Assembly: GCF_008831285.2 (NCBI RefSeq)
Contig: NC_045138.2
Coordinates: 434,001 to 498,000, forward strand
DNA from: Nymphaea colorata
Taxonomy: Eukaryota
Reading direction: 5' to 3'
DNA length: 64,000 bases
Both the position numbers and the translations under genes were made by a program. Under the pieces are notes generated by a model. The model saw only the letters and a program-made list of their open reading frames with translations. It was not told the origin of the DNA and ran no database searches. Positions 29,038-42,154 of this stretch are shown one piece after another (within the stretch, counting starts at the first letter, position 1; every line of letters begins with the position of its first letter).

Positions 29038-30558
29038 ATTGGTAAAAACCAGACCTATAGATCAGAGATAAAAATGAGACACTTTAAATTTTTGCTTAAA
29101 AAATGTTTTAAACAAAATAAAAACATCCTAATATGTTTATAAAAAACTAATTTGATGTAAAACATGGTTTTTTTTACGAAGAATTAGGATTACTCCATAA
29201 TTAAAATTTTGATGTTATATGAGCTGTTCAATTTTATGTCTTATAAAAGTAAGATCAAATTCAAAAAATAATTAACTTAAGACCAATGTTATCGAATCCT
29301 TTATTTGTTATTTGTCCAGACCCTTGTACCTATTTAAAGCGTAAAGTTAAATGCAGCAAGATCCAGATCTACATAACTGAATTTTTGAAAATTTCATGTC
29401 CATACAATAAAATCCGGATCCGCTGCTCCACTAACTGTCAATTTAAAGGGTCACGGGATATATCTATAGAGGCTAGAATGGGAGTTCAGATATATGTTAA
29501 ATTTTTGCTTAATATATAGTTGTTTGCTTTTTCTTATGCATATAATTGGTTTCACATAGCAGATAATTGCATACACCTGTCCCACATAAATGTTTATTTC
29601 ATATAAATAGCTCCTTATGTTTACATATTGGCCAACTCAAAAATTGCAATTTAAAGTGTTACTGTTCTGTTATTTGGCAAGAACATTATGACTCACCACT
29701 GTGAGCAGCGGCAGAGCCAAGGTAGGTACGCTTGGGCCCTGGTCCCACCTCAAATTTTTTTTTTTAAAAAAAATTACATGTAAATTGTAGAAAATTTTAC
29801 TTGTTTATATAAAAGTTTTGAAAAATGATATTTGGGCCTTAGTTAAAATTTCAAAACTTTAATTCCGCCCCCTTCGCCACCCCCGATGAAGTATCAATAA
29901 TGACAACAGCGTACCTTTGAACTTAGGGTCGGTATTCTACCAATTTCGATACAGAAATATAGTGTCTATGAGAGTCGAACAATAGACATGTCTAATCACA
30001 TATCCTTATCCCGGTTAGCTACACAATACTCCTTGATACTAGAGCTGGCACTGGCTCGAGAACTACATCTACTTAACTTTTTTATGAGAATTTGAAGGTA
30101 AATCCGAATATAGGTCCAAGTAAGGGCCAAGTAAGGGGATAGGGTCCTGACCAAATATGGACTTGTTGCAAAGTCTAATTAACTTCGAATTTGTCTAATT
30201 TGACTAGGAATTAAACCCACACATGTAACTATACAACTATGGATCAAGTTTGACTTGTTTGGATTTGGACAACTATCAAAATCGGCAAGAAAGTCTAACG
30301 CCCAGGAGTCAAGGGGAGCCCGCATGGGCACTGGAACCCGCATCATTTTTTTAAAATTTATATGTAAATTTTAAAAAAATTTACATGTCTTATATAAAAA
30401 TTTCAAAAAATGATATTTCGTCTTGTGTCCAAATTTAGAAACTTTAATTTTTGGCTTCACCAATGCTTACCCAACTCCAAATTCCGATCTCAATCAAAAC
30501 TTGGACTTTTTTCACTAGATACCAAAGTGGGCAAATCTATTCTTGACAGAATTGAACT

Positions 30559-30618
<60 letters not shown>

Positions 30619-30884
30619 CAATTGAATGGTGACACTGGCTTTTTAGAGTCATACGGTCATCTAATTAAAATCGTTTGATTAATCATGATGAACAGTTAAG
30701 AGAAGAACAAGGAGAACAATGTGAAGGGTATTTTTGTCATTTAATATTAGTTTCCATTTCTTTATTTATATTTTTTTTTCTTAATCATCCATCTGCATCA
30801 TCAGTGGACAGTCTATCTTGGTCAGATGGACAATCTTGGTTAGATGATTGAGTAACTTTAGATAATCAAAATCACTGTTCACTC

Positions 30885-30915
<31 letters not shown>

Positions 30916-32077
30916 TTGGTAAAAAGCAAAAACCAATCCATTTGAACAAGAAACAAAAAGTTGACCTATTGAAATTAATTATTAAAATATTTTTTGTGAA
31001 ATCTAAGATTATAGATATAATCTTAAAAGTATCTAGAGGCGACACATATATTAAGTTAATAGTGAAAAAATGATCAGTTCTTATCGCATCAAAATTTTGG
31101 TAGTACAAAAATCAAATTTTCTTACAAAAATGATTTGAAGGGAAACATGATTTGTATTAAATTAGTGTCGAAAATTCATTAAAAAGTTCATATTTTGTTT
31201 AAAATGCTTTTTAACATAAATTTAAAAGGTCGTTTTTATCCCTTACCGAAATGGTCTTATATCTACCAATCACTATATATATATATATATATATATAGGT
31301 CGACATCGACCCCGTTGAACCATTGCACAGACACACATAAAAGGGTGTCACCTTGACTACGTGACAAGTCTATTAGAATATTAAAACTATATATATTCAA
31401 TTGATTTATATTTTTAATATAAAAGTGGATAAATTGTGGCTTAACTTAAAATAATAAAAAAAAAATCTTCAAGTCTTAAAAGAGAAGCTTATGTTTCTTT
31501 AGGGTTATAAAATTTCTTTTATATGGGATCCAAAGCGTACATCAACATTGCATTTCACCATTATATAAAAAAGTTTCAAATCCTCGGTATGTAGCCAAAA
31601 CTTCACATGACCTCGAATCATCCATTTGAAATTCGTTATTGTCTCAAATCACGTCAAATCTCAGGTCCAAAGCTGATAGATTTAAACACTTTGCAGCCAA
31701 ACAAAACATGACCTCAAATCATCGGATTTGGAATTCTTTATAATATCAAATCACGTCAAATCTGAGACTCAAATGCTCGTGTTTCACTAATTTAATCACT
31801 TTCCAGCCAAACAAATTGTAACTTATTTTTGTCTCTGGTTAGAGCTCATGCAATGAATTGCCCCACACCAATATTGGAAAAAATCGGTTCCTAATTGAAT
31901 GGGCCGATTCATCGGTTTTTTGAATCGGTTGTGAACTAGATAAAAATATTGAAAATATATTCCTTTTTTGAAATACATATAAAAATACAAAAGTTAATTA
32001 AATATACAAAATGTTATCATATTTGTAGAAACTAATAGGGGCAACCTTAAATCAGCCTGACGAATTCATTCAAATCT

Positions 32078-35000
32078 TGATGAGAAAACCGTTGCAACAT
32101 CACGCATGGATTTGGCAAGTTTTCCTTCCTTATTAACTCTACTACTGTTGCCATTCATGCCTCATCTAGCCGTTAATGGGACGTTGAGAAATATTCCTTT
32201 ATTGTAAATCTTTCCCCAACGTATATCTATTCCTTGTAAGTCTGGAAAATAATGTAATGGAAAACCAGAGCGAGACTGCGTGATGTTTTTGCCGTGGATG
32301 TAGGATTTACAAATCCGAACCACGTAAATCCGTGCGTGCACTCTCCTTCCTCCTCTTTCTCTCAAATTCTAACATGGTATCAGAGCAGTTTACCCGACCA
32401 CTTGGAGATAATTAGTGAGGAGCTGAAATCGGTTCATCTCTGACATATGCAACAGAGAAATTCTGTCGACTGTGAGAATTCCAGCGATAGGAGTTGCTGT
32501 GGAGTACAGGAAGAACGGACAGAGATAGACGCAACGCTTAAAAACAGAGGACCGACAGAGGAGTCTCTGCTCAGTCCGTGATTCCAACCTATGGCATTGT
32601 TTTCTTCCATAATCTCAGCTGTCGAGCATGGAACGAATTGAATTCTAGGTCTTTGAAGATCGTTCCTGCACTATCCCATATTTTTTTGGAGAACTCTGGA
32701 GGAAGCAGTCGATTTTTGCAGTTCCGTTTTTTTTCAGGAAGTTGTGTGAGACAGCCAGTGACCAACTCTCATCCGCTCCCCAAATCTGATAAGGACGTTT
32801 TTGTTCTATGTGATATTCTTCATCCTCTATGTTCAGTTGATCATAAAGCAGTGATAGCCTTTAAAGGGTCAAGTTCTTTTTTTATTTTCTTACTTATCCA
32901 TGGCATCGTCGTACGATGGAACCAATGACTCTCAGGGACAGAACTCGACAAATGGATCTTCTACACAACAACATATCGTCGTGGAGACAGGTACCACTAT
33001 TCTCAAAATTACAAATGTTCCATTGAATGGCTTAAATTATATGTCATGGTCCAAAGCTGCTACTTTGTTTTTGAGTGGGAAACTTAAACTAGGGTACGTT
33101 AATGGAAAAAAACCAAAACCAGCCATTGACGATCCTAACTATGATGAATGGGAGTCTGGAAATCATATGGTCATGTCTTGGTTATTAAACTCGATGGATT
33201 ATAAAATCGCTGAAAGCTTTTATTACTTTGATACGGCCGAAGAAATATGGAATGCTGCTAAAGAATTATATAGTGAAAAATATAGTACGGCGCGCATGTA
33301 TCAACTCTCCCATGAAATCTATGAGTTGAAGAAAGGTCATATGTCCTTGAGTGACTATATTGCTACACTCAAAGGAAAGTGGAATGAGATGGACTCACAT
33401 TGCCCCCTCTCAACCGATCTTGCTCGCATTAAGAGGCAGCGAGACCAAGAAAGAACTTTCAAACTCTTAGCTGGTTTAGGCGAGGATTATGAACAAGCAA
33501 GAAGCCAAATATTAATGACCCCTGATCTGCCCTCTTTGGATATGGTGTGTAACACCCTTTTACGAGAAGAGAAAAGGAGAAAGGTGATGAAGACCAGTGA
33601 CACTATTGATACTAAAACCACCAGTGAAAATATTGAAAAAGTTGCTTTTAATGTCTCGGCCAGCAAAAGATTTGAAGGAAAAATAGAAGCTCAGCAGTCG
33701 TTCAGAAATAGAGGCAAACGACCAGTGTGCACTTATTGCAAAAAAGAAGGGCATGTTCGAGAAAAGTGTTGGAATTTACACGGAAAGCCTACAAACAAGG
33801 GAGATTTTCCAAAGCAGCAGTATAAGCCTCAGGCCCAGCTAGTTCAGTCCGATGTTCAATCCGACGAAGGTGAGGTTACACTTGCCACTATTGCAAAGAT
33901 GATTAAAAATATGAATGGCCAGAGACACACCAACACGGTAACAGCCGCATCGGCATTCACTTCACCCGGGAATCAGCCAGGTATGAATTCAAACTTCTCT
34001 CTTACTAGAAAATACTCTTGGATCGTGGATTCCGGCGCATCCGAACATATGTCTTGTTTTCACAATAACTTGAAAGATATAGAAAATAAAAGTGAAAATA
34101 GAACTGTCACTATAGCTGATGGTACCTCCCTTAAAATTGTTGGAGTTGGAAAAACAAATCTCTTTGAAAAGGAATTGAAGACTCTTTATATGCCTAATCT
34201 TGCATCCAATCTTTTATCTGTCTCTAAGATTACACATGATCTAAATTGCAATGTTATTTTTTCTCCCAACAATGTAATCTTTCAGGACAGGTTGACGAAG
34301 AGGACGATTGGTGAAGGAAAAGAAGAGAATGGAGTGTATGTGATCAATCAAAATCATAATGTTGCTATGATTGCTAGTTCGGGATTTGATTTTCACTTGT
34401 GGCATTGCAGACTTGGTCACCCCTCCAATAGAGTCATGTCTTTAGTTTTTCCTCATGAAATATTTGACTTACATGTGTGTGAAATTTGTCAATATGCGAA
34501 AATGACTCGCCCTCCTTTTGGTTTGTCTGAAACTGTTGCTAGTAAACCATTTGATTTGGTACATGCCGATGTTTGGGGTCCTGCCCCAGTAGTCTCTTAT
34601 AATGGTTTTAAATACTACTTATCTTTTATTGATGATTTCTCTAAGGTAACTTGGTTATATCTTCTTAATTCCAAGGACCAAGTTTTTGAAAATTTTGTGA
34701 TTTACTATAATATGGTAAGAACTCAATACAATGTTCGTATTAAGACCTTGAGAACTGATAATGGGACTGAGTTTAAAAATTGTTTTTTTGAAAATTTTGA
34801 AAATACGAGTGGTATGATGCATCAATACTCATGTGTAAAAACTCCGCAACAAAATGGAGTAGTCGAGAGGAAAAATCGTCATATTCTTGAAATTACTCGT
34901 TCCTTACTTTTTCAGTCTTGTATGCCTAAACAGTTTTGGAGCGAGGCGATTATGAGTGCTTGCTATTTGATTAACCGAACTCCTAGTTGCAGACTAAGAG

Positions 35001-37414
35001 GAAGATCACCACTTCACATCCTTACTGGGCGCAAGATCAGTATCAATCACTTGAAGTTGTTTGGCAGTACCGTGTATGTTATGATCGACAAAACTGAACG
35101 CGACAAACTTAGTCCGAAAGCTCGCAAATGTGTGTTTATGGGATATTCAGTCAGCAAAAAGGGCTATAGATGCTACAACCCTCACGACCAGCGCATGTAT
35201 ATTTCTAGAGATGTCAAATTTGATGAGTCAGTGCCATATTTTAAAAATCACCGTCATCAAGAAAGGCGACAGGGGGAGACTACCTTACCAAATATTAGCA
35301 TATATGATGATTTGGTCGCTATTTCTACAAACCAAGGATATCCAAATGAACAAGAAGAAGCTCAAGTGCAAACCTTGATCGAAAGCATGGGAGCTCATGA
35401 AGTTGAAATTGAAGGCCACACAACTGGAGTCGCCGAGCCAAGAAGATCACAAAGAATCATTCAAGCGCCTAGGCACTTGAAAGATTATGTTACATACAAG
35501 GCAGTCATGCATCCCATCGAAAAATGTGTGACATTCAAAAATTTCTCCGAGAAACACTGTGCTTTTTTGGCCACCATAGAAAAAGAAGTAGAACCAAGAT
35601 CATATGAGGAGGCCAAAGATAACCCTGTTTGGATCAAAGCCATGCAGGAAGAGATTGATGCCCTAAACAAAAATCAAACATGGGAAATTACTCAATTGCC
35701 TGAAGGAAAACGCGTAGTTGGCTGCAAATGGGTTTTTAAAATCAAATACAATAGCGATGGTACAGTGGAAAGATACAAGGCTAGGCTTGTTGCAAAAGGG
35801 TACACTCAAACACAAGGATTGGATTATGAGGAAACTTTTGCCCCGGTAGCTGTTCGAATATTGCTCTCGATCGCTTGTAATTATGATTGGCCATTATTTC
35901 AATTAGATGTAAAAAATGCCTTTTTGCAGGGAGACTTACAAGAAGAAGTATATATGAAGCTACCTCCTGGATGGTCTCAAGAGAACTCTACATCAGTATG
36001 CAAGTTACGAAAATCAATATACGGACTTAAACAATCTCCTCGAATGTGGCACTTCAAATTGAGCAAAGCTCTCGAACAATATGGATTTTATAGGAGCAAA
36101 GCCGACAACTCTCTGTTTATCAGTAAGAAAGACAATGACATTACTTTGGTGCTTATATATGTAGATGACATAATTATCACAGGTAGCAACGGTCTCAAAA
36201 TCAAGGACGCAAAAGAATTGCTTCAAAAAACCTTCGACATAAAGGATTTGGGAAGGTTAAAATATTTTCTAGGGATAGAGATTGCTCAGTCGAGGAAAGG
36301 GTTGTTTATGTCACAAAGAAAATATGTCATTGATCTACTCAAAGAAACCGGAAAACTTGGATGTCGCCCTGCAGATACACCTATGGTTTTCAACCACAAA
36401 GAAGATATCACAAAGAGAAATGACATCCCAGAAATTTCAAGATATCAACGATTGGTAGGGAAACTTATATATCTCACTGTTACAAGACCCGACATCACCT
36501 ACGCAGTAAACCTTGTTAGTCAACATATGCATGATCCAACTGAGAAACATTGGAATATGGTTGAACGGATTCTCAAGTATTTGAAAAAGTCTCCCGGCCA
36601 AGGATTATTATATAAACGAAATGGTCATGTTAACATTAGAGCATATTCTGATGCAGATTGGGGAGGAAGCATAGATCATAAATCCACTACCGGTTATTGT
36701 ATTTACGTGGGTGAGAACCTTGTATCTTGGCGAAGTAAGAAACAACGAGTCACTTCTAGGTCCAGTGCAGAAGCAGAGTACAGGGCGATGGCCACTACAG
36801 CTAGTGAAATCATTTGGATTCGCACTCTTTTATTTGAAATTGGCTTAGAATTCAATTCTCCCACGCCAATGCATTGCGACAATCAAGCTGCTATACACAT
36901 CGCAGCAAATGCTGTGTTTCATGAAAGAACAAAACATATAGAAATTGACTGTCATTTCATACGAGAAAAAGTTCAAAATGGTGAAATCAGTACTCCCTTC
37001 ACACCGAGCTCAAGACAACTTGCAGATGGATTAACCAAAGCGATATCAAGAAAAGAATTACATGATGCTATTAACAAGTGGGGCTGCCATGACTTGTACG
37101 CCCCACTTGAGGGGGAGTGATGAGAAAACCGTTGCAACATCACGCATGGATTTGGCAAGTTTTCCTTCCTTATTAACTCTACTACTGTTGCCATTCATGC
37201 CTCATCTAGCCGTTAATGGGACGTTGAGAAATATTCCTTTATTGTAAATCTTTCCCCAACGTATATCTATTCCTTGTAAGTCTGGAAAATAATGTAATGG
37301 AAAACCAGAGCGAGACTGCGTGATGTTTTTGCCGTGGATGTAGGATTTACAAATCCGAACCACGTAAATCCGTGCGTGCACTCTCCTTCCTCCTCTTTCT
37401 CTCAAATTCTAACA
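32078..37414 (+). mobile_element. Full-length young Ty1/Copia LTR retrotransposon (element A; Ale/Retrofit-like)
   Basis: Identical 297-bp LTRs (32078-32374, 37118-37414) with TG..CA ends. TSD aatct (32073-32077, 37415-37419), PBS tggtatcagagc (32375-32386), PPT gagggggag (37109-37117). Absent from unit 1. Confidence 0.98.
32900..37120 (+). CDS. Copia gag-pol polyprotein, 1406 aa (Gag, zinc knuckle, protease, integrase, RT, RNase H)
   Basis: CTYCKKEGHVREKC, WIVDSGAS, WHCRLGH, TDNGTEF, QQNGVVERKNR, LDVKNAFL, YVDDII, YSDADW, HERTKHIEID. The stop codon is the first TGA of the 3' LTR. Confidence 0.97.
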   Translation: MASSYDGTNDSQGQNSTNGSSTQQHIVVETGTTILKITNVPLNGLNYMSWSKAATLFLSGKLKLGYVNGKKPKPAIDDPNYDEWESGNHMVMSWLLNSMDYKIAESFYYFDTAEEIWNAAKELYSEKYSTARMYQLSHEIYELKKGHMSLSDYIATLKGKWNEMDSHCPLSTDLARIKRQRDQERTFKLLAGLGEDYEQARSQILMTPDLPSLDMVCNTLLREEKRRKVMKTSDTIDTKTTSENIEKVAFNVSASKRFEGKIEAQQSFRNRGKRPVCTYCKKEGHVREKCWNLHGKPTNKGDFPKQQYKPQAQLVQSDVQSDEGEVTLATIAKMIKNMNGQRHTNTVTAASAFTSPGNQPGMNSNFSLTRKYSWIVDSGASEHMSCFHNNLKDIENKSENRTVTIADGTSLKIVGVGKTNLFEKELKTLYMPNLASNLLSVSKITHDLNCNVIFSPNNVIFQDRLTKRTIGEGKEENGVYVINQNHNVAMIASSGFDFHLWHCRLGHPSNRVMSLVFPHEIFDLHVCEICQYAKMTRPPFGLSETVASKPFDLVHADVWGPAPVVSYNGFKYYLSFIDDFSKVTWLYLLNSKDQVFENFVIYYNMVRTQYNVRIKTLRTDNGTEFKNCFFENFENTSGMMHQYSCVKTPQQNGVVERKNRHILEITRSLLFQSCMPKQFWSEAIMSACYLINRTPSCRLRGRSPLHILTGRKISINHLKLFGSTVYVMIDKTERDKLSPKARKCVFMGYSVSKKGYRCYNPHDQRMYISRDVKFDESVPYFKNHRHQERRQGETTLPNISIYDDLVAISTNQGYPNEQEEAQVQTLIESMGAHEVEIEGHTTGVAEPRRSQRIIQAPRHLKDYVTYKAVMHPIEKCVTFKNFSEKHCAFLATIEKEVEPRSYEEAKDNPVWIKAMQEEIDALNKNQTWEITQLPEGKRVVGCKWVFKIKYNSDGTVERYKARLVAKGYTQTQGLDYEETFAPVAVRILLSIACNYDWPLFQLDVKNAFLQGDLQEEVYMKLPPGWSQENSTSVCKLRKSIYGLKQSPRMWHFKLSKALEQYGFYRSKADNSLFISKKDNDITLVLIYVDDIIITGSNGLKIKDAKELLQKTFDIKDLGRLKYFLGIEIAQSRKGLFMSQRKYVIDLLKETGKLGCRPADTPMVFNHKEDITKRNDIPEISRYQRLVGKLIYLTVTRPDITYAVNLVSQHMHDPTEKHWNMVERILKYLKKSPGQGLLYKRNGHVNIRAYSDADWGGSIDHKSTTGYCIYVGENLVSWRSKKQRVTSRSSAEAEYRAMATTASEIIWIRTLLFEIGLEFNSPTPMHCDNQAAIHIAANAVFHERTKHIEIDCHFIREKVQNGEISTPFTPSSRQLADGLTKAISRKELHDAINKWGCHDLYAPLEGE

Positions 37415-38270
37415 AATCTACAGACTATCTCGAAGGGTTGTAGTCCAGTAGGAGGATTTGAGTTACAATTCCTATGAACATTGGCATGGCAGAGTGCGCT
37501 ACCACACTGTTGGGAATTTTCTTGAAAATATCAAACATTTCTATGACTTTTGAGAGTTTTCCTTTTTACAGAAAAAATCCGGCCCTTCAACCAAAAAAAG
37601 AATTAAAAAATCCAAATTCGTCATCATCAATTCTGTCAAGATCGCTTCCTGCATAGTTTTGAAGCCAAAGCAAAAAACAAAACTCCCCAGGGAAAACAAA
37701 TGAAGAGGAAGCCGCAGTGAGACACGCAAAGCGGTATTGACGCGTGCTTCCTCCCCAAAAAACAAGCGCCAGTAGTCTCTCTCTTTCTTTCTCTCCGTTT
37801 AAGCCCCCTATGCTAAAGTTATAAATAACTCTGAGCTCCTACACTCTGGACATCGAAGTGATTCGGATTGTTCAGGAAATACAGATCTTTACCTTGTTCG
37901 TCTTTGTTGAAGCGAAATGGCTACTGCTGGTCAGGTGATCCGATGCAAAGGTATGGACTGTCTGATTGAAAAAAATCTTGTTGGTTACTTTGTGGGCTTT
38001 CAAGGTTTTGGTCTGATAGATGTTGGATTATCATTGGTTTTCTAGTTTCTTTTGTGCGGTTTTAGAATGAAGAAAAGGATTTTAATCTTGGTCTGTTTTG
38101 ACGTTGGAAGATTTCCTTCTCGTGGGTATGCCGCGAAGTTTGCTGCAAGGTTTTTGGGTTCTTTTAGATTATATTTTAATGGAGGTGATCGAGATCAGAA
38201 TGAGGGGAACCTTTGTTTAGATGGTAGTTCTTCCTGTCTTTTGTTGAGACACTTTCATCTGATATGTCTC

Positions 38271-41200
38271 TGTTAAGATTTGAGAGAAAGAGGAGGAAGG
38301 AGAGTGCACGCACAGATTTACGTGGTTCAGATTTGTAAATCCTACATCCACGGCAAGAACATCACGACAGTCTTGCTCAGGTTTTCCATTTCATGTTTTT
38401 CAGACTTACAAGAAACAAATATACGTTGAGGAAAGATTTACAATAAAGGAATATTTCTCAACGTCCATTAATGGCTAGATGAGACATGAATGGTAACAGG
38501 AGCAGAGTTGATAAGAAAGGGAAACTTGACAAATCCATGCGTGATGTTGCAACGGTTTTCTCAACACTCCCCCTCAGGTGGGGCGTACAAGTCATGGCAG
38601 CCCCACTAGTTAATAGCATCATGTAATTCTTTTCTTGATATCGCTTTGGTTAATCCATCTGCAAGTTGACTTGAGCTCGGTGTGAAGGGAGTACTGATTT
38701 CACCATTCTGAACATTTTTTCGTATGAAATGACAGTTAATTTCTATATGCTTTGTTCTTTCATGGAACACGGTATTTACTGCGATGTGTATGTCAGCTTG
38801 TTTGTCGTAATGCATTGGCGTGGGAGAATTGAAATCTAAGCCAATTTCAGATAAAAGGGTGCGAATCTAAAGGATTTCACTAGCTATAGTGGCCATCGCC
38901 CTGTACTCTGCTTCTGCACTGGACCTATAAGTGACTCATTGTTTCTTACTTTGCCAAGATACAAGGTTCTCACCAACATAAATACAATAACTAGTAGTGG
39001 ATTTACGATCCATGCTTCCTCTGCAATCTGTATCAGAATATGCTCTAATGTTGACATGGTCATTTCGTTTATATAATAGTCCTTGATCGAGAGACTTTTT
39101 CAAATACTTGAGAATCCGTTCAACCATATTCCAATGTTTCTCAGTTGGATCATGCATATGTTGACTAACAAGGTTTACTGCGTAGGTGATGTCGGGTCTT
39201 GTAACAGTGAGATATATAAGTTTCCCTACCAATCGTTGATATCTTGAAATTTCTGGGATGTCATTTCTCTCAGTAATATCTTCTTTGTGGTTGATAACCA
39301 CCGGTTTATCTGCAGGGCGAAATCCAAGGTTTTTGGTTTTTTTGAGTAGATCAGTCACATATTTTCTTTGTGACATAAACAACCCTTTCTTTGGCTCAAC
39401 AATCTTTATCCTAGAAAATATTTTAACCTTCCCAAATCTTTTATGCCGAAGGTTTTCTGAAGCAATTCTTTTGCATCTTTGATTTTGTGATTGTTGCTAC
39501 CTGTGATAATTATGTCATCTACATATATAAGCACCAAAGTAAGATCATTGTCTTTTTTACTGATAAACAGAGAGTTGTCGGTTCTGCTCCTGTAGAATCC
39601 ATATTGTTCGAGAGCTTTGCTCAATTTGAAGTGCCACGCTCGAGGAGATTGTCTGTATATCGATTTTCATAACTTACACACTAATGTAGAGTTCTCTTGA
39701 GTCCATCTAGGAGGTAGCTTCATATATACTTGTTCTTGTAAGTTTTCCTGCAAAAAGGCATTTTTTACATCTAATTGAAATAGTGGGCAATCATAATTGC
39801 AAGCGATCGAGAGCAATATTCGAATAGTATTCATATTGGCTACCGGGGCAAAAGTTTCCTCGTAATCTAATCCTTGTGTTTGAGTGTATCATTTTGCAAC
39901 GAGCCTAGCCTTATATCTTTCCACTATACCATCGCTATTGTATTTGATTTTAAAAACCCATTTGCAGCCAACTACAGTTTTTCCTTCAGTCAATTGAATA
40001 ATTTTCCATGTTTGATTTTTTTTTTAGGGCATCAATCTCTTCCTGCATGACTTTGATCCAAACAGGGTTATGTTTGGCCTCCTCATATGATCTTGGTTAT
40101 ACCTCTGTTTCTATGGTGGCCAAAAAAGCACACTGTTTCTCGAAAAAAATTTTGAATGTCACATTTTTCGATGGGATGCATGACCATCTTGTATGTAACA
40201 TAATCTTTCAAGTGCTTAGGTGCTTGAATGATTCTTTGTGATCTTCTTGGCTCGGCGACCCCAATTGTGTTGCCTACAATTTCAACTTCATAAGCTCCCA
40301 TGTTTTCGATCAAGGTTTGCACTTGAGCTTCTTCTTGTTCATTTGGATATCCTTGGTTTGTAGAAATAGCGACCAAATCATCATATATGCTAATATTTGG
40401 TAAGGTAGTCTCCCCCTGTCGCCTTTCTTGATGATGGTGATTTTTTAAAATATGGCACTGACTCATCAAATTTGACATCTCTAGAAATATACATGCGCTG
40501 GTCATGAGGGTTGTAGCATCTATAGTCATTTTTGCTGATTGAATATCCTATAAACACACATTTGTGAGCTTTCGGACCAAGTTTGTCGCGTTCAGTTTTG
40601 TCGATCATAACATACACGGTACTACCAAACAACTTCAAGTGATTGATACTGATCTTGCGCCTAGTAAGGATGTGAAGAGGTGATCTTCCTCTTAATCTGC
40701 AACTAGGAGTGCGGTTAATCAAATAACAAGCTGTCATAATTGCCTCACTCCAAAACTGTTTAGGCATACAAGACTGAAAAAGTAAGAAACGATTAATTTC
40801 ATGAATATGATGATTTTTCCTCTCAACTACTCCATTTTGTTGTGGAGTTTTTACACAAGAGTATAGATGCATCATGCCACTTGTATTTTCAAAATTTTCA
40901 AAAAAACTGTTTTTAAACTCAGTCCCGTTGTTGGTTCTCAGGGTCTTAATACAAACATTGTATTGAGTTTTCACTATATTATAGTAAATCACAAAATTTT
41001 CAAAAACTTTATCCTTGAAATTGAGAGGATATAACCAAGTTACCTTAGAGAAATCATCAATAAAAAATAAGTAATATTTTAAACCATTATCAGAGACTAC
41101 TGGGGCAGGCATGTACCAAATCAAATGGTTTACTAGCGATAGTTTTAGACAAACCAAAAGGAGGACGAGTCATTTTCACATATTAACAAATTTCACACAC

Positions 41201-42123
41201 ATGTAAGTCAAATATTTCATGAGGAAAACTAATGACATGACTGTATTGGAGGGGTGACCAAGTCTGCAATGGCACAAGTGAGAATCAAATCCCGTGCTAG
41301 CAACATAGCAACATCCTGCTTTTGATTGATCACATAAACTCTATTCTCTTCTTTTCCTTCACCAATCATCCTCTTTGTCAACCTGTCCTGAAAGATTACA
41401 TTGTTAGGAGAAAAAATAACATTACAATTTAGATCATGTGTAATCTTAGAGACAGATAAAAGATTGGATGCAAGATTAGGCATATAAAGAGTCTTCAATT
41501 CCTTTTCAAAGATTGAATGCCGATGTGGTTGTTACCGTGTTGGTGTGTTTCTAGCCATTCATATTTTTAATCATCTTTGCAATAGTGGCAAGTGTAACCT
41601 CACCTTCGTCGGAATGAACTGTTGGGATAAAATGCGGATAGGCACAAATCTACTAAAAAAGATTCAATAACGAAGTATAGCCCAAACCGATCATGCAAGA
41701 AGCAACAAAACAACGACCAAGCAATCACAAATGCACAAGAAGATTTTTACGTGGAAAACCCCTCAAAACAATGAGGGTAAAAACCACGGGGTACTACGAC
41801 CCAAACTCAATCCACTATAATCAATGATATAAGTTGTACCACGAGGGGCTACACAAAGCCAACCCTCCAACAATAATATCTCACCAAAGCTAAAAAAAAC
41901 AAGGGAAAAATATCACCGATTGAATGCGGAAACCGTGGATTGAGAGGAAATGTGCCTGGCTTCCTTCTTGGAATCGAATCTTGCTCTAGGCAAATGCTCG
42001 CAACCTTCTCTTCCTCTTCTCCTTCTCTCCTTTCCTCTTCTCCTTCTCTCCTCTTACTGTGCAGCCACCAAGAGAGCTCAGCCACAAAAGAGTTCCCCTC
42101 TCTTTTTCCCCAAAACGGAACCC

Positions 42124-42154
<31 letters not shown>

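Noticed and set aside
41505..41525. Protease loss in element B as a retro-copied spliced Gag RNA
   Set aside because: The breakpoints (A ~33960 and ~34160) do not match the predicted splice sites 33981/34285; it looks like an ordinary deletion.
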